Shown here one piece after another: positions 38,179 to 47,546 of a DNA stretch of 64,000 nt (its first letter is position 1; the number at the start of each line of letters is the position of its first letter). This DNA is from Acidimicrobiia bacterium (lineage in GTDB: Bacteria > Actinomycetota > Acidimicrobiia > Spongiisociales > Spongiisociaceae): positions 1 to 64,000 of the forward strand of contig JBFGLM010000021.1 of assembly GCA_041576165.1 (NCBI GenBank), given 5' to 3'. The position numbers were made by a program, and so were the translations under genes. The notes beneath the pieces were generated by a model. It was given only the letters and a program-made list of their open reading frames with translations, had not been told where the DNA came from and ran no database searches.

Positions 38179-40083
38179 GTGCAGGTGCCGATGGCCAAGG
38201 TCCGTGTGTTCGGTCATCGTCGAGTGCTTGACGCAACTCTGGCCGTATTGCATCAGTCCCGCTGTATGCATCTGGTCGATGTCTCCCAGGATCCCTCCAT
38301 GACGCTCCCGCCCCTGTCGGTGGACGACGCGCAACTAGAGCGCAGCGAGGATCTTCGCTACCTCCGCACCCGTCTCGATGCGCTCCTCGGGTTGGCTCCG
38401 GGTGCGACGGCGGTGGCTGACATTGCCGGGGAGATCGATCTCAACGTCCTTCGTGATGAACTGGATGCCGACGGTCCCCAGCTGGAACAGATGGTGGCGA
38501 GTCTCGACGGGCTGCGCATGGAGCTGGAGACGCTTCCCCGCCATTTGGAATCGCTGCAGCGCTTGTTGCCCCTGGTTCCCGACATGGCCGAGCTCGACGG
38601 CTACGAGACGACTGCACTGCTGCTCGACGCGCGCCATGGGTCGGTTCTGGCCGAGCTGAACGACCGACTCACCACAGAGCTGCATGGCAACCTGGAACTC
38701 ATTTCAGACCGTGTAGACGAGCACGTGATCGGCGCCATCCTCATCTACCCGAAGCGCAGTGCCGAGCTCGTCCGGCGCGAGTTCGGACGGGAGCAGGTGT
38801 CCCGGGTGCGGCTTCCCGAGCAGTACGAGTCTGTGCCGTTCCGCCAGGCGGTTGGCGCCATGCAACGCCGGCTGGCAACACTTCCGTCCGAGATCGAATC
38901 CGCCGAGGTCAAGCTTGTGAACCTGGTGCGAGCCCACGCGGATTGGCCGGCGGCCCGGGCCTCCATCCAAGCACACCTCGACCAGCTCGAAGCGCTCCGC
39001 AGTTTGGGCGCAACCCCGCACACCTTCGCGGTCTCCGGCTGGGTTCCGAAGATGCAGTTGGCGTCCTTGAGAGCAGATCTGACGAGAACGGTGGGCCCCC
39101 AGGTGGACGTGTCGGAGGTGCCTCCAGGCGTGGACGAGTTCCCTCCGGTGCTTCTCGACAACCCTCGGGGGGTGGCCCCATTCGAGTCATTTGTCCGACT
39201 GCTCGACGTACCGAGGTCGGGCACCTTCGACCCGTCGCTTCTGATGTCGGTGTTCTTGCCACTGTTCTTCGGGATGATGCTGGGCGACGTAGCCTACGGG
39301 CTGCTGGTGCTCGTCATCGCGGTGGTGGTGCGGCGACGGGTATCCAGACCCGGGCTGCTTCGCGACCTCACGCGCATCCTCGTGCTCAGCGCAATCTGGA
39401 CTGTGGTCTGGGGATTCATCTACGGGGAGTTCCTGGGTGACCTGGGTCACAGATTCGGAATGCAGCCCATCTGGATCAACCGGGAGGTGGCGATCCAGAG
39501 TTTGCTGCTGTTCGTCGTTGCGGTCGGCGCCGCCCATGTGACGCTCGGGCTCATACTCGGCGTCTGGCAAGCCAGCCGGAAGCCCGATCGACGCCAGCTG
39601 GGTGAGCGTGTCGGACTGCTCGTGTCCTTGACCGCACTATTTGCGATCGCCGGCGTGGCTGTAGGGATGCTCCCGGAAGGTGTAGTCACGCCGGCGACGG
39701 CCATTGCGCTCATCGGTCTGGCGATCGTGATGTCGAGCGGCGGCGTGATGGGACTGCTCTTGGGTCCGCTCGAGTTGGTCGGTCTCATTGGCAGCGTGCT
39801 GTCGTACCTGCGGATTGGCGCGATCGGTCTAGCCTCGGTGTATCTAGCGCGCATTGCGAACGAGCTCGGCGCCACTGGGCCCCTGTGGCTCGGACTTGCC
39901 CTTGCTGCGCTATTCCACGCGCTCAACTTGGTGTTGGGAATCTTCAGTCCAACGGTTCAGGCATTGCGACTCCACTATGTGGAGTTCTTCGGCAGATTCT
40001 TCGAGGGCGGTGGAGAGTCGTTCCGTCCGTTCGGCGGACATGACGCCACCCGCCCAACACTTGTGGCCAGCCATAGGAGGTAG
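38179..40083 (+). CDS. ntpI: A/V-type ATP synthase subunit I (a)
   Basis: GWVP, PPVLLDN, FFGMMLGDVAYG, essential Arg in LSYLRI, LRLHYVEFF. Confidence 0.93.
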   Translation: MQVPMAKVRVFGHRRVLDATLAVLHQSRCMHLVDVSQDPSMTLPPLSVDDAQLERSEDLRYLRTRLDALLGLAPGATAVADIAGEIDLNVLRDELDADGPQLEQMVASLDGLRMELETLPRHLESLQRLLPLVPDMAELDGYETTALLLDARHGSVLAELNDRLTTELHGNLELISDRVDEHVIGAILIYPKRSAELVRREFGREQVSRVRLPEQYESVPFRQAVGAMQRRLATLPSEIESAEVKLVNLVRAHADWPAARASIQAHLDQLEALRSLGATPHTFAVSGWVPKMQLASLRADLTRTVGPQVDVSEVPPGVDEFPPVLLDNPRGVAPFESFVRLLDVPRSGTFDPSLLMSVFLPLFFGMMLGDVAYGLLVLVIAVVVRRRVSRPGLLRDLTRILVLSAIWTVVWGFIYGEFLGDLGHRFGMQPIWINREVAIQSLLLFVVAVGAAHVTLGLILGVWQASRKPDRRQLGERVGLLVSLTALFAIAGVAVGMLPEGVVTPATAIALIGLAIVMSSGGVMGLLLGPLELVGLIGSVLSYLRIGAIGLASVYLARIANELGATGPLWLGLALAALFHALNLVLGIFSPTVQALRLHYVEFFGRFFEGGGESFRPFGGHDATRPTLVASHRR

Positions 40084-40085
40084 CC

Positions 40086-40307
40086 ATGGAAGTTGGTCTC
40101 ATCGCAATTGGTGCCGGGCTCGCGGTGGGCCTGGGTGCTCTCGCTACCGGCATCGCCCAAGCCCGAATCGGATCGGCCGGAGTGGGCGCAATCGCCGAGA
40201 ATCCCGAGCTCATCGGTCGGGTTATTCTGCTGGTGGCCATTCCGGAGACCCTGGTGATTCTGGGATTTGCCGTGGCCGCAATGGTCATCGTGCTACTCGG
40301 CGGCTGA
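40086..40307 (+). CDS. ntpK: A/V-type ATP synthase proteolipid subunit K (c), single hairpin
   Basis: GLAVGLGALATGIAQARIG...IPETLVI; 73 aa, two TM helices. Confidence 0.93.
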   Translation: MEVGLIAIGAGLAVGLGALATGIAQARIGSAGVGAIAENPELIGRVILLVAIPETLVILGFAVAAMVIVLLGG

Positions 40308-40897
40308 TGGCGCTCGAGGACATCCTCGAGACGATCCGTCGCGAAGCCGACGAAGAAGCGACGCGGATCATAAGCGCAGCACAGGCTCGGGCGTCCGGGC
40401 TTCTGGAGCAAGCCCGGACCGAGTCTGCGGCCAGCGAGGAAGAGCTTGCGCATGCTGCGGACGACAGGATTCGGCAGATGCAGGAACGCATCACCAGCCT
40501 GGCGCACTTCGACGCGGCGCGGGAACGCCGAGCGACCCGCGAAGAGATCTTCCGGGCGCTGCTCGATGAGGTTGCGCGGCGGCTGGCGAACCTTCGCTCG
40601 GATGAGCGATATGCGGCGATCCTCGAGCTGTTGCTCGACGAAGCATTGGAGATCCTTCCTGAGCCGGCATCGATCCGAGCCGCTGCGGCCGATACCGGAA
40701 TCATCGGGCGCCTTGCGTCCGAGCGGGGTCTCGACATCGCCATTGATGCGATGGCTGACAGCTGGTGTGGCGTGGAACTCGTTGGCGCCGGTCGGATTGT
40801 GAGGAACGATCTCGCCACGCGGCTGGAGAACGCCAACGCCGAACTCAGGCGCCTTGCCGGCGAACGGTTCCCGGCGTTACGAGGAAGCTCACGATGA
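40307..40897 (+). CDS. ntpE: A/V-type ATP synthase subunit E
   Basis: MALEDILETI..EA coiled coil, C-terminal V.N.L..RLE; TGATG coupling to K. Confidence 0.82.
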   Translation: MALEDILETIRREADEEATRIISAAQARASGLLEQARTESAASEEELAHAADDRIRQMQERITSLAHFDAARERRATREEIFRALLDEVARRLANLRSDERYAAILELLLDEALEILPEPASIRAAAADTGIIGRLASERGLDIAIDAMADSWCGVELVGAGRIVRNDLATRLENANAELRRLAGERFPALRGSSR

Positions 40898-41955
40898 TCG
40901 GCTATGAGTACGGCAACGCCCGTCTGCGCGCCATGCGGGCGAGGCTCCTGAAGAGGGCCCAGCTGATGCGGCTTTACGCGGCCAGGAATCTAGACAGGAT
41001 GCTTGGCGGCCTGGCCGAAACTGCGTTCGGTCCCGACGTGGAGGCGGCGATGCCGCGGGCCAGCGGGCTGCGAAGGCTCGATGCTGTGCTGCGCGATAAC
41101 CTAGCTCGCACGCTGGCCGCAGTTACCTCGTTCTACGAAGGCCCGGCGGCCGAGCAAGTGGCACTGCTGGTGGATCGCTGGGCGTTGCATGACATACGGA
41201 CACTGATCCGCCTTCCTGACATGCCCGATGTCCCATATCTCTCCGACCTGCTGGTGCCGGCCGGCCGGCTCGACGGTCCGGCACTGGCAGAACTGGTGAA
41301 GCTCCCCGACCTCCGGAGCAGAGTCGAGCTGACCATCGCGTGGGGGTTGCCGTCGCCGTCCACTGCTCGGAAGGTCCTTCCCGCCCTAGCTGCCTTCGAG
41401 CGTACAGGTGTGCGAAGCGTGCTGGAACATGCGTATGCGGAGGCGTTCGGCACTCACCTCGACGAGGTGTTGGGAGCGAGCCAAACGGGAGCTGCGCACG
41501 TACTCCGAACCGAGATCGACGTCACAAACTTTCTCACGGCGTTGCGCCTCAGGGAGGCACGGCATAGCAGCGAACCCGGGCCCGCCGACGAGTATTCGCC
41601 GTACATACCCGGTGGCACGCGAGACGCTGGTGCCTGGGAATCGCTCATGTCGGAAGACGACCTCGAGCAGTTGGCGGAGAAGGCGACTGCAGGATGGATG
41701 CCAGGCTGGCGCGATGAAGTGTTCGACTGGCGGCGCCACGGTGATCTGACAATCCTGGCAGAAGGGTTGCGGCGGCGCCTGGCCGCCGCGGCCACCGGAC
41801 TGCTCGCCACCGGTGATCCGCTCGGGTTCGATGTCCCGGTGGCGTTCACTTTCGCCAAGGAGGCAGAGGTGCGCGATCTGCGCCTCATCGGGCGTGCGCT
41901 GGTGCATAACTTGGACGAAGCCGACGTGCTGGATCGCTTGGAGTCTGCGGCATGA
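40894..41955 (+). CDS. ntpC: A/V-type ATP synthase subunit C (d)
   Basis: YEYGNARLRAMRARLL, EIDVTN, KEAEVRDLRLI. Confidence 0.88.
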   Translation: MIGYEYGNARLRAMRARLLKRAQLMRLYAARNLDRMLGGLAETAFGPDVEAAMPRASGLRRLDAVLRDNLARTLAAVTSFYEGPAAEQVALLVDRWALHDIRTLIRLPDMPDVPYLSDLLVPAGRLDGPALAELVKLPDLRSRVELTIAWGLPSPSTARKVLPALAAFERTGVRSVLEHAYAEAFGTHLDEVLGASQTGAAHVLRTEIDVTNFLTALRLREARHSSEPGPADEYSPYIPGGTRDAGAWESLMSEDDLEQLAEKATAGWMPGWRDEVFDWRRHGDLTILAEGLRRRLAAAATGLLATGDPLGFDVPVAFTFAKEAEVRDLRLIGRALVHNLDEADVLDRLESAA

Positions 41956-42299
41956 GCAACGGAGTCCTCGCTGTCGTGGTGCCGCCGGAGCTGGCGCGTG
42001 GTTTCCAGCTCGCCGGCGTGACGACCATCGTTGCGGCGGAAGCCGGCGAGGCCGAGCGCGAGATGTCGCGTCTCATGATGGACGCGCAACAGGGGGTAGT
42101 GGCTGTCTACGAGCCGTTCTTGAACGCGTTCGATCACGACGTGCGGACGCGCGCTGAAACCTCGTTGACTCCTGTGACCGTTCCTCTGGCCGCGGGCCCC
42201 GGAGAGGTCGATCCGCACCTACGCCGCGCCCGACTTTCGGAGCTGTTGAGCCGGGCAGTTGGCTACCACATAACGTTCGAGCCGGAGGGAGCCCAATGA
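41952..42299 (+). CDS. ntpF: A/V-type ATP synthase subunit F
   Basis: GFQLAGV and L.RAVGY; lies between C and A. Confidence 0.88.
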   Translation: MSNGVLAVVVPPELARGFQLAGVTTIVAAEAGEAEREMSRLMMDAQQGVVAVYEPFLNAFDHDVRTRAETSLTPVTVPLAAGPGEVDPHLRRARLSELLSRAVGYHITFEPEGAQ

Positions 42300-44056
42300 C
42301 TCGGGCCGGTACCACAGGCCGTGTTGTCCGGGTTGCCGGCCCCGTTGTGGTTGCCGAGGGCCTCAGTCGGTCCCGCCTGTACAACGTGGTTCGAGTGGGG
42401 AAGCTCGGGCTGGTGGGAGAAGTGATCCGCCTGGTCGGAGGCGACACCGTGATCCAGGTCTACGAAGATACGTCGGGCCTCCAAGTCGGTTCACCCGTCG
42501 TGGACACAGGACTGCCGTTGGACGTGGAGCTAGGACCCGGGCTGCTCGGCTCGATCTTTGATGGGGTCCAGCGGCCGCTCCTCGCGCTGGCCAGAGGAGG
42601 AGGCCAAGATCCGTTCGATCAGCCGTTTGTGCACCGCGGCGTTGGGGTGCCGGCGCTGGATCGACAGCGACGCTGGACAGTGACGCATCGTGTTCGACCG
42701 GGCGACCAGGTGGTTGGTGGGGACGTTGTCGCCACCGTTCAGGAATCACAGGCGATCGAGCACAGGGTCCTGGTGCCGCCCGGCAGTGGTGGGACGGTCA
42801 CTTCGGTGGGAGAGTCAGAGATCACGATCGAGGAACCGTTGGTGGCTATCGATGATGCGGGCATGACGCTGCTTTCCCGGTGGCCTGTGCGAACCCGGCG
42901 CCCGGTGGCTCGGCGGCTTGACCCGGTCGTTCCACTCATCACCGGACAGCGCGTGGTCGACACACTCTTTCCCATGGTCCGGGGTGGGAGTGCGACGATC
43001 CCAGGGGGTTTCGGAACTGGGAAGACGGTCCTGGAACAGAGCCTTGCGCGCCAGACGGACGCCGACATAGTGGTCTTCATCGGATGCGGAGAACGCGGGA
43101 ACGAGATCGCCGAGCTGCTCGAATCCTTCCCGCAGCTATCCGACCCTCGCAGCGGCGCTCCACTCGTCGAGCGGACGGTGCTCATTGCCAACACCTCGAA
43201 CATGCCGGTTGCAGCCCGAGAGGCCAGCATCTACACGGGGATCACGATCAGTGAGTACTACCGGGACCAGGGTTACGACGTCGCGCTTCTCGCCGACAGC
43301 ACCAGCCGATGGGGCGAGGCTTTGCGCGAAGTGTCAAGCCGGCTGGAGGAGATACCGGGCGAGGAAGGCTACCCAGCCTATTTGCCGTCCCGCCTTGCCG
43401 AATTCTATGAGCGGGCTGGCTCAGTCGTCGCTCTCGGTGAGGAACAACGCCGCGGTTCAGTCTCCATCGTCGGTGCCGTATCGCCGCCCGGAGGCGACTT
43501 TTCGGAGCCGGTGACCCAGTACAGCCTCCGTCTCGCCGGAACGTTCTGGGCACTCGACTCGGATCTGGCCCGGCGGCGTCACTATCCGGCCATTGATTGG
43601 ACGCAGAGTTACTCGCTCTACAAGACGTCTGAGTGGTTCGATACCAACGTCGCGCCAGACTGGAGCGATCAGGTCACCTGGGCAGTTGGACTCCTCGGCA
43701 GAGCGCAACAGTTGCAGGACATCGTCGAGCTGCTCGGAGCCGACGTGCTGGCACCAAGCGAGCGAGTGACTTTCGCTGTCGCCCAGATGCTGCGGGAGGA
43801 CTTCATGCAGCAGTCGGCTTTCGATGATCGAGACGCGTTGTGTCCACTCCACAAGCAGTACTGGATGTTGCGAGTAATCCGCTATTTCCACCAATCCGCC
43901 CAGAAAGCGGTGACGGAAGGCGCGTCGCTCGATGACGTGATCGGCAGCGGCTCCGCGGGCGAGATCGGTCGGATGCGGTCCTGGTCAGTCGACGAAGTGG
44001 AGGCCCAAGCCGAGAAATTGATCGATCGGATCGAGCGGGAGCTTACGCCACCATGA
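42296..44056 (+). CDS. ntpA: A/V-type ATP synthase catalytic subunit A
   Basis: [52 protein letters not shown]. Confidence 0.97.
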   Translation: MTRAGTTGRVVRVAGPVVVAEGLSRSRLYNVVRVGKLGLVGEVIRLVGGDTVIQVYEDTSGLQVGSPVVDTGLPLDVELGPGLLGSIFDGVQRPLLALARGGGQDPFDQPFVHRGVGVPALDRQRRWTVTHRVRPGDQVVGGDVVATVQESQAIEHRVLVPPGSGGTVTSVGESEITIEEPLVAIDDAGMTLLSRWPVRTRRPVARRLDPVVPLITGQRVVDTLFPMVRGGSATIPGGFGTGKTVLEQSLARQTDADIVVFIGCGERGNEIAELLESFPQLSDPRSGAPLVERTVLIANTSNMPVAAREASIYTGITISEYYRDQGYDVALLADSTSRWGEALREVSSRLEEIPGEEGYPAYLPSRLAEFYERAGSVVALGEEQRRGSVSIVGAVSPPGGDFSEPVTQYSLRLAGTFWALDSDLARRRHYPAIDWTQSYSLYKTSEWFDTNVAPDWSDQVTWAVGLLGRAQQLQDIVELLGADVLAPSERVTFAVAQMLREDFMQQSAFDDRDALCPLHKQYWMLRVIRYFHQSAQKAVTEGASLDDVIGSGSAGEIGRMRSWSVDEVEAQAEKLIDRIERELTPP

Positions 44057-45423
44057 CGATGCTGTACACGACCGAGCTGCAAACGGTCCACTCCGTCTCC
44101 GGTCCTCTCCTCTTCATCGAACGTTCCGAGGGCATCCGGGCCGGCGAAGTCGTAGAGATCGTGCCGCCGGACGGTTCGAACCGGCGGGGCCAGGTGCTCG
44201 AGGTTGACCACGACCGAGCCGTGGTGGAGGTTTTTGCAGGCACCCAGGGTCTGGATGTGGCGACGACGCGGGTGCGATTGAGCGGAGCAGCTGCTCGGCT
44301 CGGGGTCGGTCTCGACCTGCTGGGACGGGCCCTAGACGGTATCGGCAGACCCATCGACGGCGGACCACCGGTGATGCCCGAAGACTTCTGGGACGTGAAT
44401 GGTCTGCCGGTCAATCCGGCTGCCCGCGCGTATCCGAATGACACGATCGAGACAGGCGTGTCCGCTATCGACGTCATGAACACGCTGCTCCGGGGCCAGA
44501 AGCTCCCTATCTTCTCGGGCTTTGGGCTGCCCGCCGAGCGCCTGGCGGCGGACATAGCCACAGCCGCTCATGCGGCGGGGGTCGAGCAATTCGTGGTTGT
44601 GTTCGCGGCAATGGGCATCACGCATCGCGAAGCCAGTTATTTTCAGCGGCGGTTCGAGGAATCGGGTCACCTGGATCGGACCATCATCTTTCAGAACCTC
44701 GCAGATGATCCTCCCATCGAGCGTCTGCTGACGCCTCGTATGGCGCTGACTGCGGCCGAGTATCTCGCGGTTGAGCGGGACTACCACGTGTTGGTGATGC
44801 TCACGGATATGACGAACTACTGCGAAGCGCTGCGCGAGGTCGCCACAGCGCGCGAAGAGGTGCCCGGCCGTCGCGGTTACCCGGGCTACATGTACACCGA
44901 TCTGGCAAGCATCTACGAACGGGCCGGGCAGCTCCATCACCGCCCAGGGTCGATAACCCAGCTGATGATCCTCTCGATGCCCGACGATGACATCACCCAT
45001 CCGATCCCCGACCTGACCGGATACATCACCGAAGGTCAAATCGTGCTTTCTCGGGAGCTTCATCGCAGGGGTGTTGAGCCACCCATCGACGTGCTGCCGT
45101 CACTGAGCAGGCTGATGAACGCAGGCATTGGCGAGGGGAAGACGAGGGCTGATCATCGCGAACTGTCCGATCAGCTCTACGCGTTGTATGCCGAAGGTCG
45201 TGATCTCCGCAGGTTGGTGGCAATCATCGGCGAAGAAGGTCTTTCCGACCTGGATCGACGCCTCCTCACGTTCGCCGAAGCATTCGAAGCCGATTTCATA
45301 TCCCAGAGCGCACCGCGGAGATTGCTCGAGAGTCTCGAGGTCGCCTGGAAGCTACTCGCACCGTTCGCGCACGACGAACTCAAGCGGATCTCCCCGCAGA
45401 CCCTCGCGGCCTTCGGGCTCTGA
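44053..45423 (+). CDS. ntpB: A/V-type ATP synthase subunit B
   Basis: [51 protein letters not shown]. Confidence 0.97.
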   Translation: MTMLYTTELQTVHSVSGPLLFIERSEGIRAGEVVEIVPPDGSNRRGQVLEVDHDRAVVEVFAGTQGLDVATTRVRLSGAAARLGVGLDLLGRALDGIGRPIDGGPPVMPEDFWDVNGLPVNPAARAYPNDTIETGVSAIDVMNTLLRGQKLPIFSGFGLPAERLAADIATAAHAAGVEQFVVVFAAMGITHREASYFQRRFEESGHLDRTIIFQNLADDPPIERLLTPRMALTAAEYLAVERDYHVLVMLTDMTNYCEALREVATAREEVPGRRGYPGYMYTDLASIYERAGQLHHRPGSITQLMILSMPDDDITHPIPDLTGYITEGQIVLSRELHRRGVEPPIDVLPSLSRLMNAGIGEGKTRADHRELSDQLYALYAEGRDLRRLVAIIGEEGLSDLDRRLLTFAEAFEADFISQSAPRRLLESLEVAWKLLAPFAHDELKRISPQTLAAFGL

Positions 45424-45842
45424 CACGGTTCACGGCACGGCAGCGGTGCGACGAGACGCGTCCCGGGCCGGTCGCAAGAAGCTCCGAACGCCCATCGTGT
45501 CAGCCAGGGATCAACGGATTGGTCCCCGATTACGTGAACGAGATCGGGTCTCGCTGCGTGATCGGATCCGCTCGATCCTCTGATTCCCCTTGAGACGGGC
45601 GGACGGTGCCATCGGCGGCTTCGCCACAGGGTTCCCCGGTTTCTAGACCGGTGCGGCCTGCCCGCCGGATACGCCGGCTGCCGGCCGGGCCAACCACAGT
45701 GTCGTGCGGCACCACACAGTCCCAGTGAACAACCTCTTCTTGGGGCTCCGGGGCCAAGGGCACGCCATGACAATGGTTCAGAAAGCCACCTGCGAAATCG
45801 CCACGGGCCGGGAGCGAACAAGCAAGAGGCCGCTTCCGGCCC

Positions 45843-46694
45843 ATGTTGCTCCTGCGTAGGCTGAAGAGGCGGGCTACAAGGAGGTTTGCTGGCTTGGGGC
45901 GGCTGCTGATCACATCGGTGACCCTCGGCCTGCTGCTGGCGCTGTCCGCCCCTCCAGCAGCGGGGTTGGAGATCGATATCCGCGATCCATCCATCTTCGG
46001 CCCGGGGGAGGGATGGGAACCCGGAACTCTCGGACCCGGGTCGAACGGCCCGTGGGTGGCTGAGCTACAAGACGAGCTCAATCGAGCAGGGTTCCGCGTG
46101 GACGAGATCGATGCGGTGTTTGGTCGCCAGACCGTGGCGGCCGTGCACGCCTTCCAAAAGCTCCACGGGCTGGAGAGCGACGCCGTGTTCCGGCCCGAGC
46201 ATTGGCAGCTGCTCGAGGAGCCCCTACCGTCGCTCGGAAAAACAGGCGAGGCCAACCGGATCGAAGTCGATCTCTCCCGTCAGCTGTTGTTCCTGGTGAA
46301 GGACCACGAGGTGCGTCGCGTCCTTCCCGTGTCCAGCGGGAACGGCAAGCCGTATGTGAACTACGCCGGCCACGCCGTCAGGGCGAGAACCCCCGAGGGT
46401 CGGTTCGAGTTCAACCGCCAGCGCTCCGGGTGGCATGAGTCGTACCTCGGGATGATGTACGCCCCGTTCTACTTCAGAGGTGGCTACGCCATCCACGGCT
46501 CCACCAGCGTTCCCGCCTATCCAGCGTCGCACGGGTGTGTGCGGGTGACGCTGAGCGACATGGATTACCTGCGCCAGACGCTCGAGCTCGGTATGCCCGT
46601 GTACGTGTATGGCAACCGGGTCGATCGGGAGGCCCTGCTGCCTACCCCGCCCCCACCGCCGCCGGTGATACCGCAGATCACCGTTGCGTTCTAA
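45843..46694 (+). CDS. L,D-transpeptidase (YkuD) with peptidoglycan-binding domain
   Basis: Signal peptide; V.ELQ..L...GF....D..FG.QT..AV.AFQ; AIHGS...SHGCVR. Confidence 0.92.
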   Translation: MLLLRRLKRRATRRFAGLGRLLITSVTLGLLLALSAPPAAGLEIDIRDPSIFGPGEGWEPGTLGPGSNGPWVAELQDELNRAGFRVDEIDAVFGRQTVAAVHAFQKLHGLESDAVFRPEHWQLLEEPLPSLGKTGEANRIEVDLSRQLLFLVKDHEVRRVLPVSSGNGKPYVNYAGHAVRARTPEGRFEFNRQRSGWHESYLGMMYAPFYFRGGYAIHGSTSVPAYPASHGCVRVTLSDMDYLRQTLELGMPVYVYGNRVDREALLPTPPPPPPVIPQITVAF

Positions 46695-46796
46695 CTGGGA
46701 GTGTCGGAACGTCCGAAGCTCGCCAGATGATCAGGCTCTTGTCCCCGCAAGCCGCCACGCGCAGTATCTTGGATTCGCGCGCAGTGTGGGGAGGGT

Positions 46797-47369
46797 ATGG
46801 CGCAGGCTCTGGCCGTGGCGATCACCGTGAACGTGTTGTTGTTCGCGGGCCTGGCGGTGTGGGCCGTGCGGTACGCCCTCCAAGAGGATCTGCCCCGCAT
46901 TCGCCCGCTGGCCTGGGGCCTCGCGGCTGTAGCGGTTGCGTTTGTGCTCGGCGCCGGGACGCGGTTGCTGCTGGTCGGTGTGCGCCTCGGGTGGCTGGAT
47001 GGCCGCGTGAGCGACTTTCTCCTTTCCGAATGGCACCTGGTGCAATCGCTGATGGCCACCACGCTCGGGGTCGGGGGAGTGATGCTCGCTCGCCGGCTGG
47101 GCCAGCCGCTCCGAGAGGCAGACCGCATCGTGAGCGCCCTCGCCGACCGCCTACCGACCGGAGTCGAACTCGAGCAGGCGGGGCTCACGGCCCGCGAGCG
47201 GGAGGTGCTGGCGGTGATCATCGCTGGCAGGCTCTCCGACCAGGAAATCGCCGACGACCTCTACATCTCTCCTGCCACCGCCGGCACCCATGTCAAGAAC
47301 ATCCTGCGTAAGACCGGCATGAAGAGCAGGCGCGACCTCGCCCTGCTGGCCGCTTCCCGCCCCGAATAG
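46797..47369 (+). CDS. membrane-anchored LuxR-type HTH regulator
   Basis: Three N-terminal TM segments, then LTAREREVL...EIADDLYISPATAGTHVKNILRK. Confidence 0.88.
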   Translation: MAQALAVAITVNVLLFAGLAVWAVRYALQEDLPRIRPLAWGLAAVAVAFVLGAGTRLLLVGVRLGWLDGRVSDFLLSEWHLVQSLMATTLGVGGVMLARRLGQPLREADRIVSALADRLPTGVELEQAGLTAREREVLAVIIAGRLSDQEIADDLYISPATAGTHVKNILRKTGMKSRRDLALLAASRPE

Positions 47370-47373
47370 CCCT

Positions 47374-47436
47374 CTACCGGAACCCGGTAGCCGCGAATCC
47401 CCGAACCGGGTAGCCGCTTTACCCCCTCCTCGGTAT
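47374..47436 (+). promoter_or_regulatory. three 23-bp-spaced sites, probable LuxR/NarL-type operator
   Basis: CTACCGG-AAC-CCGGTAG (47374-47390, perfect palindrome), ATCCCCGAACCGGGTAG (47397-47413), TACCCCCTCCTCGGTAT (47420-47436). Confidence 0.6.
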
Positions 47437-47546
47437 TTCCCCGCCCCCGCCGCGGCCGTATCAATGGTGTCGGCCACCACGACGTGGTGCAACAACGGGA
47501 GAGCGGAGTCGATTGCGGCCCGCCAGGGCGATCGGAGGAGGTCGCA

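Noticed and set aside
45600-45660. AACCGGGGAACC on the minus strand, resembling part of the c-di-AMP (ydaO) riboswitch
   Set aside because: The other conserved blocks are absent and it points away from the L,D-transpeptidase.
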